From Amphiscolops sp. MND2022 (lineage: Eukaryota): a stretch of DNA of 64,000 bases. A model generated the notes under the pieces. The model worked only from the letters and a program-made list of their open reading frames with translations, did not search any database and was not told the DNA's origin. This document shows, one piece after another, positions 61,801 through 64,000 of the stretch. Where the stretch lies: positions 49,726,001 to 49,790,000 of the forward strand of contig OZ076413.1 of assembly GCA_964187785.1 (NCBI GenBank), given 5' to 3'. The first letter of the stretch is position 1, and the number at the start of each line of letters is the position of its first letter. A program made the position numbers and the translations under genes.

Positions 61801-62626
61801 GTTTTGAATAACTCGATGTTATATTTTTATTATTCTCAACTGGAAATAAATATGCTAATATACACCATAGAAAACACAATTGATCATTATTTTTTATATT
61901 TATTATTGATTGGCTGTTTTTATATTTTGGTGGTAACTCAATATATGAAGATGCTTGAATATCTTTAACTTTATATATTTCTAATATAACTTCTTCTATT
62001 TCTTGAAACACAAAACCTGATCCTTCTAATTGTTCATCATCTAATTTCTGCATTAATGTGTTATGAGTATCTTGTTGTGTATGATTATATATTAGATCTG
62101 ATTTTATCCATCTTCAAAATACTTCTTCTTCTCCATTGATTATTTTTGAAAATTTAGCTAGATACCTCAATTGATATTTATATCGGGGAAAATAATTTTT
62201 ACTAAGTAATTCATTTATATGATCTTCGAGATTACTAGTTGGATTTATTTTAAGTTTAATGTATGTGTTTTCATTCACAATTATATTTACTCCATTACCG
62301 GAGGGCAGCAAAGCTGTACCGAAATATGTAATACAGCTTCGCTGGCTTTGCATACCGTACTGTTGACGGTTTTGTAAATGAATTTCACTTTGGAAATGTC
62401 TTGTTGTATCAGATATATATTTACTACAATCTTCACACCATATTTTATTGATGCGGTTTTTATGTTCATCTGAATTTAAATGAGAACTTTTATCTGAGAT
62501 AGGCATATAAAAATTACATTTTTTACAATAATATTGATTTAATTTTTCAAGATGTTCTACTGATTTTAGATGATCAGACTTGAAAGCTTTTTTATAATTT
62601 AAATTACAAATACTACAATTCTCCAT
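58841..62626 (-). pseudogene. polB: Protein-primed family B DNA polymerase with N-terminal zinc fingers; one in-frame TGA at 62114-62116
   Basis: Exo I YADFE, Exo II FHNFSGYD, region A YIDANNLYG, region B KLMNNAFFGK, region C YMDTDS; OTU-like DQLCFLW...HY; EndoVII-like RDHDHLTGKYRGAAH..CN. ORF 62114-62626 reads in frame through the TGA into ATG 62053. Confidence 0.95.
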
Positions 62627-62794
62627 TTCTATTTATTAAAGAAAAAATAGTTTAATTAAAAATTTTTCAATTATATTTTTTCAAAAAATTGGTGAAAAAT
62701 ATTTTAATTTTGTGGTGGTAAGGTATTAAAATTTGCCACATATTTGAATGATAAATATTTCATTTAGGAAAATTTTTATAATCTGTTTTCAGAA

Positions 62795-63335
62795 ACTCAA
62801 GACCTTTCCAATGATGTATCACGCATGGCAATATCTTAAACTTTTATAATCTCTACATGTTTAAGGGTTTCAGGTTTGAGATGGTATAGTTTCAGTTGTG
62901 GGTACCCAATCATGAAAATATTCAAAATCTGTGATCTCCAACTCAAGACCTTTCCAATGATGTATCATACACTGTGATGTGTTGAACTTTTATAATCTCT
63001 ACATGTTTAAGGGTTTCAGGTATGAGATGGTATAGTTTCAGCTGAAGATGTCCGATCATGGAGATAATCACCATCTATGATTTCTTTTTTATGACCTTTC
63101 CAATGATGTATCATACACTGTGATATGTTGAACTTTTATAATCTCTACATGTTTAAGGGTTTCAGGTTTTTCAAAGTTTCAGATGGTATAGTTTCAGTCT
63201 AGGTTTTTAAATTGTATCTAGATAGATAACCCTTGTCAAGACCTTTTCAATGGTATATTATACTTTGTTGTAACTCAAATATTCGTTGAGTTATGGCTTT
63301 TTTCCTGATCTATTAGTAATCTCTACATGTTTAAG
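62795..63335. repeat. Subterminal tandem repeat of the Polinton, ~146-bp unit, about 3.7 copies
   Basis: GACCTTTCCAATGATGTATC...AATCTCTACATGTTTAAGGGTTTCAGG...AGATGGTATAGTTTCAG recurs at ~62800, 62948, 63093 and 63240. Confidence 0.9.
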
Positions 63336-63914
63336 AGTGAAAGTCCGAATGGAAAAAGTCTCTTTGCCAGTTTCATTTCTTCGGCCATGCTGTTTGCTGT
63401 GACTGTAGAGAGAAAAGTGAAAAATGAAATTTTGGTGCATTCCGAATGCACCTCAAGGTCAGACGACCGTCTGGTGCGTGAAATTTTGTTTGAAATTTAT
63501 ATGGTGGTAATTTTTCCAACAGTTGTGGTGTCCACTTGTGCGCATCCGTGAATTTATCTATAATGAAAAATGAGTTCATCAATTTTTATATGTAATTTTT
63601 TAATGGGTAAAAATGAAGAAAAAAACTCGTTTTCAATTTGGACACTTGTGTTTTCTACTTGAACGCATTCGGTAAGTATTCATTTTTTCTTCACGATGTG
63701 GTAATAATTCTATTATACGTCGATGGAGGTTAGTTCAATTTTGGTTTGTGACAAACGTTTCTTTGGAAAATTTGTGCATCGATTTTTATTTTGTTAAATT
63801 TTTAGTTGTGAAAAAAGGCTAATTTTTAGATGGTTTGATTGGTATTTTGTGAAAAAAGATTAATTTTTTAATGATTTTATGAACTCAAATTTTTCTTGTA
63901 TATTAGGAACGGCT

Positions 63915-64000
63915 AATTTTTTAGTTGTGAAAAAAGGCTAGTTTTAGATGGTTTGCCTTGAAAAAATGCTCAATTTTGATGATTTTACGAGCTTAAAATT
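63915..64000 (-). repeat. Right TIR of the Polinton (cut by the window edge; ~36 bp expected beyond)
   Basis: Reverse complement of the left TIR with a few mismatches; partial extra copies at 63800-63860. Confidence 0.9.

Larger units (their letters stand above)
49859..64000. mobile_element. Polinton/Maverick (adintovirus-like) endogenous dsDNA virus, near complete; right tip lies just outside the window
   Basis: Begins AGTAGT; TIR pair; carries protease, penton, ATPases, retroviral-type integrase, major capsid protein and protein-primed PolB. Confidence 0.96.

Noticed and set aside
50663..62626. Alternative genetic code or programmed readthrough to explain in-frame stops in Polinton genes
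   Set aside because: All three stop types occur sporadically along with frameshifts, while MCP and most of polB are stop-free; mutational decay is simpler.
62795..63335. CRISPR-like or spacer-bearing array at the Polinton end
   Set aside because: Most of each ~146-bp unit is repeated; it fits ordinary Polinton subterminal tandem repeats.

Overview
AT-rich eukaryotic (metazoan-like, spliceosomal introns) window that is almost entirely mobile DNA inside or beside one host gene. (1) Three + strand exons (683-946, 1628-1890, 17946-18198) splice in frame into a protein with tandem, divergent nucleoside-diphosphate-kinase (NDK) domains (NME5/7/8/9-like group II architecture). (2) Its 16 kb intron holds a decayed minus-strand Ty3/Gypsy (Mag-like) LTR element (2741-13869, TSD ATTTT), into which a younger non-autonomous BEL/Pao-like LTR element inserted (3237-9347, TSD CTTTC). 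(3) A 17.6 kb Ty3/Gypsy element (19493-37059) has a Pol extended by an AT-hook, a Cys cluster and two degenerate TARG1/OARD1-like macrodomains, plus a ~1400-codon extra ORF in the env position with an SGNH-hydrolase-like domain. (4) 37-50 kb is a field of non-autonomous DNA elements: a Helentron/DINE-1-like family, Mutator-like and CCC-terminated MITEs, and satellites. (5) From 49859 to past the window end lies a near-complete Polinton/Maverick endogenous virus: AGTAGT terminus, TIRs, adenain protease, penton, two packaging-type ATPases, integrase, major capsid protein and protein-primed PolB. Its most unexpected features are about a dozen GC-rich paired mini-hairpin modules, many sitting in frame inside genes, and a recurrent TAAATG start motif, including two divergent ATGs only 14 bp apart. 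All domain calls are by-eye motif recognition; no searches were run.
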